From positions 1-7,253 of the IMG/VR virus record IMGVR_UViG_2885989707_000002: DNA of 7,253 nucleotides; one strand, given 5' to 3'. Position numbers and translations under genes: made by a program. This DNA comes from a virus. Below are positions 1 to 5,077 of this stretch, piece after piece (within the stretch, counting starts at the first letter, position 1; the number at the start of each line of letters is the position of its first letter). The notes beneath the pieces were generated by a model, which did not search any database, was not told where the DNA came from, and saw only the letters and a program-made list of their open reading frames with translations.

Positions 1-80
1 CGTCCGGAAGATCGCGCCGATCCGGGCGGCATTGATCCATAATCCCCGTTATGCGAACGCCCCTCGACATCCCCACGCAC
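1..80. repeat. Terminal direct repeat, copy 1 (identical to 7174..7253)
   Basis: Base-by-base comparison shows 1-80 equals 7174-7253. This fits a circular-genome overlap or the start of a tandem second copy. Confidence 0.97.
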
Positions 81-281
81 CTGGTTAAAGACGCCACCCT
101 CTACGCGCCTTCCCGCGATCCTCTCGACGCGGTTTGCCACGTTCTGCAGGACTACCCTAGGCTTGTGTCCGAAGTGCGTGAACTGCGCCGCCGCGTGGCC
201 GATATCGACAACGAAAGCGCAGAGCTCGACCAGCTGGTTGCCAAGCTGCAGAATGTCGCTCGGCAGATCCTCGATATCTGA
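51..281 (+). CDS. Hypothetical 76-aa protein with a C-terminal coiled-coil-like helix
   Basis: Open frame with strong G/C third-position bias. The C-terminal half (VSEVRELRRRVADIDNESAELDQLVAKLQNVARQILDI) is heptad-like. There is no obvious Shine-Dalgarno, and the start codon lies inside a dif-like half site. Confidence 0.5.
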   Translation: MRTPLDIPTHLVKDATLYAPSRDPLDAVCHVLQDYPRLVSEVRELRRRVADIDNESAELDQLVAKLQNVARQILDI

Positions 282-299
282 TCTCTTCCAGGAACAACC

Positions 300-425
300 A
301 TGGCCAACCGAACAGTCAGTCGCTTCGTCAATACACCCGGCACGCCTGCGCCTGTTGTCATCGCTCTGAATGTCATTACCGGCCTGGCCATCCTCGGCAT
401 CATCGTCGCCGCCGTCTTCGGATAG
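300..425 (+). CDS. Hypothetical 41-aa single-pass membrane peptide (MANRTVSRFVNTPGTPAPVVIALNVITGLAILGIIVAAVFG)
   Basis: Absent from the ORF track because it is under 60 aa. AGGA at 290-293 lies 6 nt upstream of ATG 300. It has high GC3, one clear hydrophobic helix and a TAG stop at 423-425. Confidence 0.5.
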   Translation: MANRTVSRFVNTPGTPAPVVIALNVITGLAILGIIVAAVFG

Positions 426-497
426 CGCCTGGCCCTCAGCCTGACCACTCCACACTGATCACTCGCTTCTTCTTGAGTTGGCACGCTGTTTCAGGCC

Positions 498-561
498 GCG
501 AGTAGATCCACTCGCACATTTGCGATCGGCCCGAAGGGGCGAGGGGCGAAGCCCTGCTTTT
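498..561 (+). other. Cluster of short GC-rich hairpins; could be a weak + strand terminator, a minus-strand origin or a packaging element
   Basis: GCGAGT-agatcc-ACTCGC at 498-515. GCCC-gaag-GGGC at about 528-539. GGGC-gaa-GCCC at 544-554, followed by TGCTTTT (555-561). Confidence 0.3.
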
Positions 562-772
562 AGTCTGCGGCGGGCGATTCTTTGCAGCTGATTCCTGGCC
601 CCGACCATCCGCCCTGGTGGTTGGGTATCGACGTCTTCGACGCTTCCATTGCAGCCGTCAGCATCAGCTTCCCGGCTTCCAGGCACTGCACCCGCGTTTC
701 GTATTGAGCGACCTCTATCTCTTGTCCTGGGGCCAGGACCGAGGTCATTGCTAGAATCCACATCTTCGGCAT
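560..772 (-). CDS. Hypothetical 70-aa protein (uncertain)
   Basis: Minus-strand ORF downstream of the repressor gene. Third-position GC is high and the sequence is not low-complexity. No convincing SD precedes it, and the region might instead be structured non-coding DNA equivalent to the Ff intergenic region. Confidence 0.3.
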   Translation of the reverse strand: MPKMWILAMTSVLAPGQEIEVAQYETRVQCLEAGKLMLTAAMEASKTSIPNHQGGWSGPGISCKESPAAD

Positions 773-796
773 CCGTGCTGCGGCGGCGGGGAGGGT

Positions 797-845
797 GAGT
801 CCACCTACTCTAATGGTGGACTCTTGTGCAATGACTGCACTTTTG
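797..845 (+). other. Ff-type plus-strand replication origin core: gpII nick-site hairpin plus an adjacent second hairpin
   Basis: GAGTCCAC-ctactctaat-GGTGGACTC (9-bp stem, 797-823) is followed by CTTGT and GTGCA-atgac-TGCAC (826-840), then TTTT. Against the recalled f1 origin (GAGTCCACGTTCTTTAATAGTGGACTCTTGT) I count 27 of 31 identical positions without gaps. The predicted nick lies between T811 and A812. Confidence 0.8.
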
Positions 846-846
846 A

Positions 847-1074
847 CTACTTCTTGACCGCCCTCGGAATCTCTAGTGAGAGCATGCCGTTTTCGCCTAA
901 TTCGACGTAACTGATTGATTCGCTTAACAAAAAATGTGCTAACTCGCTATCCCTGATCGGCTGGCGACCCTGCCTAACAAGCAACTTGTTGATTTCTATA
1001 CATTTTTTGCGCAAAAGCTCTTGCTCGTCATTGGTCAATCGCAGAGTTGCTGGCATCGAGCCACTACCTATCAT
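847..1074 (-). CDS. Small ribbon-helix-helix-like transcriptional regulator (putative phage repressor / immunity protein), 75 aa
   Basis: GGAGG (complement of 1082-1086) lies 7 nt upstream of the ATG at 1074. The N-terminal ATLRLTNDEQELLRKKCIEINKLL fits an RHH beta-strand plus helix pattern. It is transcribed divergently from gII, as repressors are in temperate inoviruses. Local GC is low, about 42%. Confidence 0.65.
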   Translation of the reverse strand: MIGSGSMPATLRLTNDEQELLRKKCIEINKLLVRQGRQPIRDSELAHFLLSESISYVELGENGMLSLEIPRAVKK

Positions 1075-1090
1075 CGGGAAACCTCCAAAA

Positions 1091-1109
1091 GTGTACGTGC
1101 ATGCATGTG
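1091..1109. promoter_or_regulatory. Operator-like tract 1: 19-nt perfect alternating purine-pyrimidine run containing TGCATGCATG (1098-1107)
   Basis: The sequence gtgtacgtgcatgcatgtg lies in the divergent intergenic region between the repressor and gII. It contains overlapping GCATGC/TGCATGCA palindromes. Confidence 0.5.
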
Positions 1110-1116
1110 ACTTGTG

Positions 1117-1144
1117 TTGACGTATGCTTGTTCACGCGTATACA
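1117..1144 (+). promoter_or_regulatory. Candidate sigma70-type promoter for gII (TTGACG, 16 nt, TATACA)
   Basis: The -35-like TTGACG is at 1117-1122 and the -10-like TATACA at 1139-1144, about 55 nt upstream of the gII ATG. Operator-like palindromes lie on both sides. Confidence 0.4.
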
Positions 1145-1162
1145 TTCCGCTCCATTGTGATT

Positions 1163-1178
1163 TGCATGCATGCATGCA
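1163..1178. promoter_or_regulatory. Operator-like tract 2: perfect 16-bp palindrome TGCATGCATGCATGCA, i.e. (TGCA)4
   Basis: Sits between the candidate gII promoter and the gII start. It is bracketed by the 7-bp inverted repeat ATTCCGC (1144-1150) / GCGGAAT (1185-1191). Confidence 0.55.
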
Positions 1179-1197
1179 ACAGAAGCGGAATCTGTGA

Positions 1198-2493
1198 ATG
1201 CTCGACAAAATCCACATGTTCATCCCGTTCAGGGTCGAAGCGATCACCGTCCACGGTGACGACGCAGGGCACCACTCCCTGTCGGTCGATCTCGAAAGCC
1301 TGGGCATTCCGCTTCGCGCTACCAGCGTGCTTGCAGACGGGAAGGGTGGATACATCGTCGAAGACCTTTCTCACGCCTGGGAGTCGCTGCCCACGTCGTT
1401 TACGCCTATGGCGGTCAAGGTGTTTCACCAGTCGCTAGGGAAGCGGATGAATCCCGGCGTTGAGCTGAAAGCCAGCCCGGCGAAGCTGCTCCAGGGGCAC
1501 AACGTGTTCGGCCCGACCTCGATCCGCATGGGCGGCGAGGTGATGCTCAAGTGGCTGGCCGGCTCGTACCCCGAACTGTTCGCTCAACTCGATTGGCAGA
1601 GCGCCCAGGTCTACAACATCGACTGCACTTTCTCGGCCCGCCTGCCTGACGAGCGCACCGCGCTCCAACTGATCCAAGCGCTGCGCGGTGTCAGCAACGG
1701 CCAAACCCGCAACCGTGGCGACGACTACCAAACAACAGCGTATTGGGGCAGCAAGGAAACCCGGCTCCGCAAGCTGAAGGCCTATCTCAAAGGCCCCGAA
1801 TTTCGCGGCGAAATCGACAAGGCCGTCAAGGCGGCGAGGGGAGGCAACCTTTCAGCCCGTCGCACCCTGGCGGTGCTGCAAAACCCCGACTTGCTCGCCT
1901 GGGCGGACAACCTGATCCGCCTCGAAGCGACCGTCATGCACCGCTGGCTAGACCGGCGAAACATCCCCTCCAAGTTGTGGGCGCTCTGCGACTACCAGGA
2001 ACACCTAGCCACCCAGGGAATTTGTTTTATCCAGTGGTGCTGGGAGCAAGTAACGAAAGAACTGTTTGCGGCCTTTGAAGGTATCTCCATGCGAGTAATT
2101 AATGATGAAAAAGTGCTGGCCGCACTTAAAGAGAAGTTCGCCAAGCCCGGTGGCCGGTGGACTAAGGCCAAAACTTGCAAGTCCACTGGTGTGCAAATAC
2201 CGCCCGTATTTGTTGCCGGTCCCGTCAATGAAAGTGTCGCCCTTAACCTGTTTCGTACCTATCGCAGCATCAAGGATTACGGATGGCAGGAAACAATGGA
2301 CTCAATGTCCCGTCGCACTTTCTACGATCACGTAGGCAAGATTTGCGAATGCGGTCTAAGTAAAGCGGCCCTCCAGAAGTTGAAGCAGGACGACCATAAA
2401 AACAACGTGGTGCCTATCCTGCGCTTCCTGCAAGTCGATTTCAGCGCCCAGCGTCCGAGCTGGTACCAAGAACCAAGCGTGGAGGCTGCCTGA
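1198..2493 (+). CDS. gII: Replication initiation protein, Ff gene II family (rolling-circle nickase, Phage_CRI type), 431 aa
   Basis: By eye it aligns end to end with recalled M13/f1 gpII. Matching blocks are HAWESLPTSF / HPFESLPTHY; ELKASPAKLLQGHNVFGP / EIKASPAKVLQGHNVYGT; IDCTFSARLP..GVSNGQTRN / IDATFSARAP..NVSNGQTKS; and NNVVPILRFLQVDFSAQRPSWYQEP / NNVVPLVRFINVDFSSQRPDWYNEP. Confidence 0.93.
   Translation: MLDKIHMFIPFRVEAITVHGDDAGHHSLSVDLESLGIPLRATSVLADGKGGYIVEDLSHAWESLPTSFTPMAVKVFHQSLGKRMNPGVELKASPAKLLQGHNVFGPTSIRMGGEVMLKWLAGSYPELFAQLDWQSAQVYNIDCTFSARLPDERTALQLIQALRGVSNGQTRNRGDDYQTTAYWGSKETRLRKLKAYLKGPEFRGEIDKAVKAARGGNLSARRTLAVLQNPDLLAWADNLIRLEATVMHRWLDRRNIPSKLWALCDYQEHLATQGICFIQWCWEQVTKELFAAFEGISMRVINDEKVLAALKEKFAKPGGRWTKAKTCKSTGVQIPPVFVAGPVNESVALNLFRTYRSIKDYGWQETMDSMSRRTFYDHVGKICECGLSKAALQKLKQDDHKNNVVPILRFLQVDFSAQRPSWYQEPSVEAA
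2089..2493 (+). CDS. gX: gX-like protein from in-frame internal initiation within gII (C-terminal 134 aa)
   Basis: The in-frame ATG at 2089 (..FEGISMRVINDEKVLAAL..) aligns with the gpX start of M13 (..FEGDSMNIYDDSAVLDAI..). GAAGG at 2077-2081 lies 7 nt upstream. Confidence 0.6.
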   Translation: MRVINDEKVLAALKEKFAKPGGRWTKAKTCKSTGVQIPPVFVAGPVNESVALNLFRTYRSIKDYGWQETMDSMSRRTFYDHVGKICECGLSKAALQKLKQDDHKNNVVPILRFLQVDFSAQRPSWYQEPSVEAA

Positions 2494-2738
2494 TGAAAGC
2501 GCCGCTCCGTTTCATGTTCGGTTGGGTGCTCTACGTCGCGCTGTTCGCCATGCTAAACCCGGTCATCAATGCCATTTGGCAGGCCGTGTTGTTCCAAGAC
2601 CCCATCGTCCCGATCGTTACGGCCTTCGTCGGCGTGATGATCCTCATAGCGCTCTATCTGTGGCCTCTGAGCCGCTTTATCAGCTGGTGCGATCAACCCA
2701 GGGCAGCCGCCCCAAATACTCCCCATGAGGTGAAATAA
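2493..2738 (+). CDS. Hypothetical 81-aa inner-membrane protein (two predicted TM helices)
   Basis: ATGA overlap with the gII stop. GGAGG at 2481-2485 lies 7 nt upstream. Hydrophobic segments are FMFGWVLYVALFAMLNPVI and IVPIVTAFVGVMILIALYLWPL. Confidence 0.7.
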   Translation: MKAPLRFMFGWVLYVALFAMLNPVINAIWQAVLFQDPIVPIVTAFVGVMILIALYLWPLSRFISWCDQPRAAAPNTPHEVK

Positions 2739-2739
2739 C

Positions 2740-3078
2740 ATGCTTCTTCTGACCGGTCTCTGCCATGGCTACAAAGTTAACAAGCGCATTGTTGGCCAAA
2801 ACGAGTTCGTCGATCACCTGATTCTGCTGGAAGTCCAGGACCTGAATCAGTACGGCATCGCCGAAACCAAAACCGCAAGTATCAAGCTGGCCAAGGCTGA
2901 TATCGAAAACGGTGTCCAGCATCAATACGACGCTCTGAAAGGCAAGTCTGTAAGTGTGCCCGTCCGCGTCGGCCCCTGGGCATCCAAGGCCGGTAATGCC
3001 GGTTTCGACTACTGGATTTCCGGCGACCGTAAGCCAGTCAACATGCAAATCCGTCAGCAAGTAGCGGCGGCTAGCTAA
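2740..3078 (+). CDS. Putative ssDNA-binding protein (gene V positional analogue), 112 aa
   Basis: GAGGTGA at 2727-2733 precedes ATG 2740. It lies downstream of the replication gene and upstream of the coat genes, and is soluble and beta-rich-looking. The call rests on synteny only; I see no recognisable similarity to Ff gpV. Confidence 0.5.
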   Translation: MLLLTGLCHGYKVNKRIVGQNEFVDHLILLEVQDLNQYGIAETKTASIKLAKADIENGVQHQYDALKGKSVSVPVRVGPWASKAGNAGFDYWISGDRKPVNMQIRQQVAAAS

Positions 3079-3080
3079 CC

Positions 3081-3200
3081 ATGTCCTCCGTCGAGTGCGA
3101 GGAATGCGGCGAAGTTATCGACCGTGAAGACGACGAATACGAGTTGTTTGATCATGACCTCGGACTTTGCGCGTTCTGCAACTCCGAGGCGGAGGATTAA
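3081..3200 (+). CDS. 39-aa highly acidic zinc-ribbon-like mini-protein (MSSVECEECGEVIDREDDEYELFDHDLGLCAFCNSEAED)
   Basis: Not in the ORF track. The ATG lies 2 nt after the upstream TAA, which suggests translational coupling. It has CxxC-x20-CxxC spacing, 16 of 39 residues are D/E, and GC3 is high. Confidence 0.5.
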   Translation: MSSVECEECGEVIDREDDEYELFDHDLGLCAFCNSEAED

Positions 3201-3203
3201 CAA

Positions 3204-3338
3204 ATGCCCGAATCATTAATGGTCGTGACTCTTGGCGAATTAGTCAAAGTTGGGACTTCTGGTTTTCTGTGCACCCTCGTAGCTTGGTTCGCAGGAATTA
3301 AACTGTCGATTGCTCTTTCGGCAATTCGGCGTTTCTAG
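3204..3338 (+). CDS. 44-aa small hydrophobic protein, candidate minor coat protein (gVII/gIX-like)
   Basis: GGAGG at 3191-3195 lies 8 nt upstream of ATG 3204. The product is MPESLMVVTLGELVKVGTSGFLCTLVAWFAGIKLSIALSAIRRF, with one TM helix and a basic C-terminus. It sits immediately upstream of the major coat gene. Confidence 0.55.
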   Translation: MPESLMVVTLGELVKVGTSGFLCTLVAWFAGIKLSIALSAIRRF

Positions 3339-3374
3339 CTGCATAAGCAGCAAACAACTGTAGGAGTTACAAAG

Positions 3375-3509
3375 ATGGAAGAAGTTCTCGCCTCGATCAC
3401 TGGCGGTCAAATCGCTGCTGCTGTAACCGCGCTGATGATCGTTGTTGTCGGTATCGCCATGGCCTTCCAGGGTGGCACCGTCGGCAAGCGCGTCGTCAAG
3501 AAGATCTAA
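3375..3509 (+). CDS. gVIII: Major coat protein, 44 aa, no signal peptide (Pf3-like class)
   Basis: AGGAG at 3362-3366 lies 8 nt upstream of the ATG. The product is MEEVLASITGGQIAAAVTALMIVVVGIAMAFQGGTVGKRVVKKI. It has an acidic N-terminus, a hydrophobic core and a C-terminus with four basic residues. A strong terminator follows, as with Ff gVIII. Confidence 0.8.
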   Translation: MEEVLASITGGQIAAAVTALMIVVVGIAMAFQGGTVGKRVVKKI

Positions 3510-3532
3510 CGCCACTTGTGGCCAAGTAAGGG

Positions 3533-3562
3533 TAGGGGTCAGAAATGGCCCCTAAACTTTTT
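3533..3562 (+). terminator. Rho-independent terminator/attenuator after the major coat gene
   Basis: TAGGGGTCA-gaaa-TGGCCCCTA forms a 9-bp stem with one G-U pair and a GAAA tetraloop. It is followed by AAC and TTTTT (3558-3562). Confidence 0.75.
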
Positions 3563-3682
3563 ATGGAAACGTCAATTGCAATAACATCCTCCGATATCGC
3601 CTTCTTCGTATATTCGGTGGTGTTTCTCGCCGGAGTAATAATCGGATGGGCATTCGTAATCGGTACACAACAGCGGTTCTAA
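3563..3682 (+). CDS. 39-aa hydrophobic peptide, possible minor coat protein (METSIAITSSDIAFFVYSVVFLAGVIIGWAFVIGTQQRF)
   Basis: Not in the ORF track. It has a single TM helix and lies between gVIII and gIII, where some inoviruses carry a tiny ORF. It has no SD, starts at the edge of the terminator T-run and overlaps the gIII start by 37 nt in another frame. Confidence 0.35.
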   Translation: METSIAITSSDIAFFVYSVVFLAGVIIGWAFVIGTQQRF

Positions 3683-5076
3683 TCGCCTGCCTCTTTAGCG
3701 CCTCATTCGCAGGCGCTGCCACCCGCAAAAACGTAGATAATATGCCTCGCCGATCCGATGTCATTAATGGCGGCGGTTCCGGCTTCCAGACGCCAAATGG
3801 CGAGCATGCTTTTTACGGTCGCGACCACGTTGATACGCACACTGCGGGCAATAGATTCAATGCTGGTGACAATCCCGGCGGCTCTGATCGCCGTCAAAAG
3901 ATAACTGTTAAGCCCAGGGTTAACTTGAATCCAAAGACTGTTGCCGGTGCTGCTGGCAACTTCTTTAAGAGCTTGCCTAAAGGCGGTGCTGCCGGTCTTG
4001 CTGCTGGTGGTGCAATGCAGGCAATGCTAGACGCCATTGATGCCGTTATGGACCCTGCTAACAATACAATTCAGGTTCCATCTTTTTCAGAACCGTCCAC
4101 AAAGCCAGGCGATTATTACTGGCATGTCGATAACTTCCAATCTCCAAGCCCTAAGAAGGCTTGCGAGAATTACTATGCAGACAAGTCATCTACCTGGACT
4201 TATCCGATTCACTCTGTCGAGGTGGTGTTTGCCAGTGAGTCACAGGGATTCTGTCAGGGTATTTCCTACGGAACCCAGTACTCTGACGCTGTTTGGCGTC
4301 AAGGTACTGGCTGTTCCGGGACATATAACTCTTCCACTGGTGAATGCCTTGTTTCCTCCGGTTATCGTGATGTAACCCAGTCTGATTTCGATTCTATGGA
4401 AAAATGGGCTGCTGATCAGAATTCAGATTTCATACGCGACCTTTTGAAAGAGAACTGCGCAGGCTCTCCAAGCCCTTTGGCATGTATCGACGAACTTAGC
4501 GAGTGGGGCGACATGCTCGGCCCATCTTCTGCTGTTGGGCCTAAGGAAACTACTACGACCACTACAAAGAACCCTGACGGCACTGTCTCCACCACGTCAA
4601 CCAGCACGCAGAACACATATAACTACAGCTTCGGGCCGACCTATTACAATTACAGCACGACCACCAAAAAGACAGTAACCAACGCTGATGGCAGTGTTTC
4701 AGAGTCTGAGGCCAGTGACGGTGGTCTATCTCCAGGCAATGAAAAGCCAGAGAATGAAGAGCCGAGTTATTCGTTCGAGGATTCGGAGTTCCCTAAGGTC
4801 GATCCGTTCTATGAGCAGAAATACCCAGATGGCTTAGAAGGCGTTTGGAACGACATAAAGGCAAAGATTGACAGCTCTGCATTCATTCAGTTTCTTCAAG
4901 GGTTCATTCCAAACTTCTCTGGAAGTTGCCCTAGCTTCAGCCTCAACCTGAATATTGGGCCGTTTGATCTCGGCGTTCAGAATCTTCCTAGTGTGTGTTA
5001 TGCCTTGGACTTCGTTAAGGTCATCTTGCTATTCACCGCCGTTATGACATTCCGCGCACTGGTATTCGGGGGTTAA
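3646..5076 (+). CDS. gIII: Minor coat / host adsorption protein (gIII-like), 476 aa
   Basis: GGAG at 3632-3635. The signal peptide MGIRNRYTTAVLIACLFSASFAGA has a likely cleavage site after AGA. Cys-containing N-terminal domains are followed by an Ala/Gly-rich stretch and a Thr/Ser-rich linker (ETTTTTTKNPDGTVSTTSTST..), then a C-terminal hydrophobic anchor (FVKVILLFTAVMTFRALVFGG). It is the largest structural ORF and precedes gVI/gI. Confidence 0.8.
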   Translation: MGIRNRYTTAVLIACLFSASFAGAATRKNVDNMPRRSDVINGGGSGFQTPNGEHAFYGRDHVDTHTAGNRFNAGDNPGGSDRRQKITVKPRVNLNPKTVAGAAGNFFKSLPKGGAAGLAAGGAMQAMLDAIDAVMDPANNTIQVPSFSEPSTKPGDYYWHVDNFQSPSPKKACENYYADKSSTWTYPIHSVEVVFASESQGFCQGISYGTQYSDAVWRQGTGCSGTYNSSTGECLVSSGYRDVTQSDFDSMEKWAADQNSDFIRDLLKENCAGSPSPLACIDELSEWGDMLGPSSAVGPKETTTTTTKNPDGTVSTTSTSTQNTYNYSFGPTYYNYSTTTKKTVTNADGSVSESEASDGGLSPGNEKPENEEPSYSFEDSEFPKVDPFYEQKYPDGLEGVWNDIKAKIDSSAFIQFLQGFIPNFSGSCPSFSLNLNIGPFDLGVQNLPSVCYALDFVKVILLFTAVMTFRALVFGG

Positions 5077-5077
5077 C

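Noticed and set aside
152-484. 110-aa minus-strand ORF and 68-aa + strand ORF (163-369), both overlapping the 51-281 and 300-425 genes
   Set aside because: Both are Arg/Ala/Thr-rich shadow frames typical of GC-rich DNA. They overlap better-supported ORFs, and I saw no ribosome-binding site.
459-761. 100-aa minus-strand ORF
   Set aside because: It is a very Arg/Gly/Ser-rich, low-complexity translation in an alternative frame to the more protein-like 560-772 ORF. It is probably a compositional artefact.
882-887. Isolated GCATGC hexamers at 882-887 and 3804-3809
   Set aside because: They are single palindromic hexamers inside coding sequence and lack the paired or extended layout of the operator-like tracts. 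Chance occurrence is likely.
1071-2335. Several ORFs (1071-1355 -, 1124-1438 +, 1132-1428 -, 1435-1731 -, 1743-2078 +, 1782-1973 -, 1992-2228 -, 2005-2196 -, 2102-2335 +) overlapping gII
   Set aside because: The gII frame shows strong homology along its whole length to Ff gpII. The others are out-of-frame or antisense shadows with Arg/Pro/Gly-rich composition.
2522-3060. ORFs 2522-2728 +, 2553-2741 - and 2680-3060 -, overlapping the 81-aa and 112-aa genes
   Set aside because: None has a start context. They are alternative frames of ORFs that have strong SDs and operon-like coupling.
3240-3897. Minus-strand ORFs 3240-3515, 3561-3764 and 3703-3897
   Set aside because: They lie antisense to the coat-gene block and the gIII start. 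A minus-strand gene here would break the single-strand transcription logic of inoviruses, and I saw no SD.
4037-4616. 112-aa + strand ORF (4037-4375) and 66-aa minus-strand ORF (4416-4616) inside gIII
   Set aside because: They are embedded in the gIII-like ORF, which has a signal peptide, linkers and a membrane anchor. No independent support exists.
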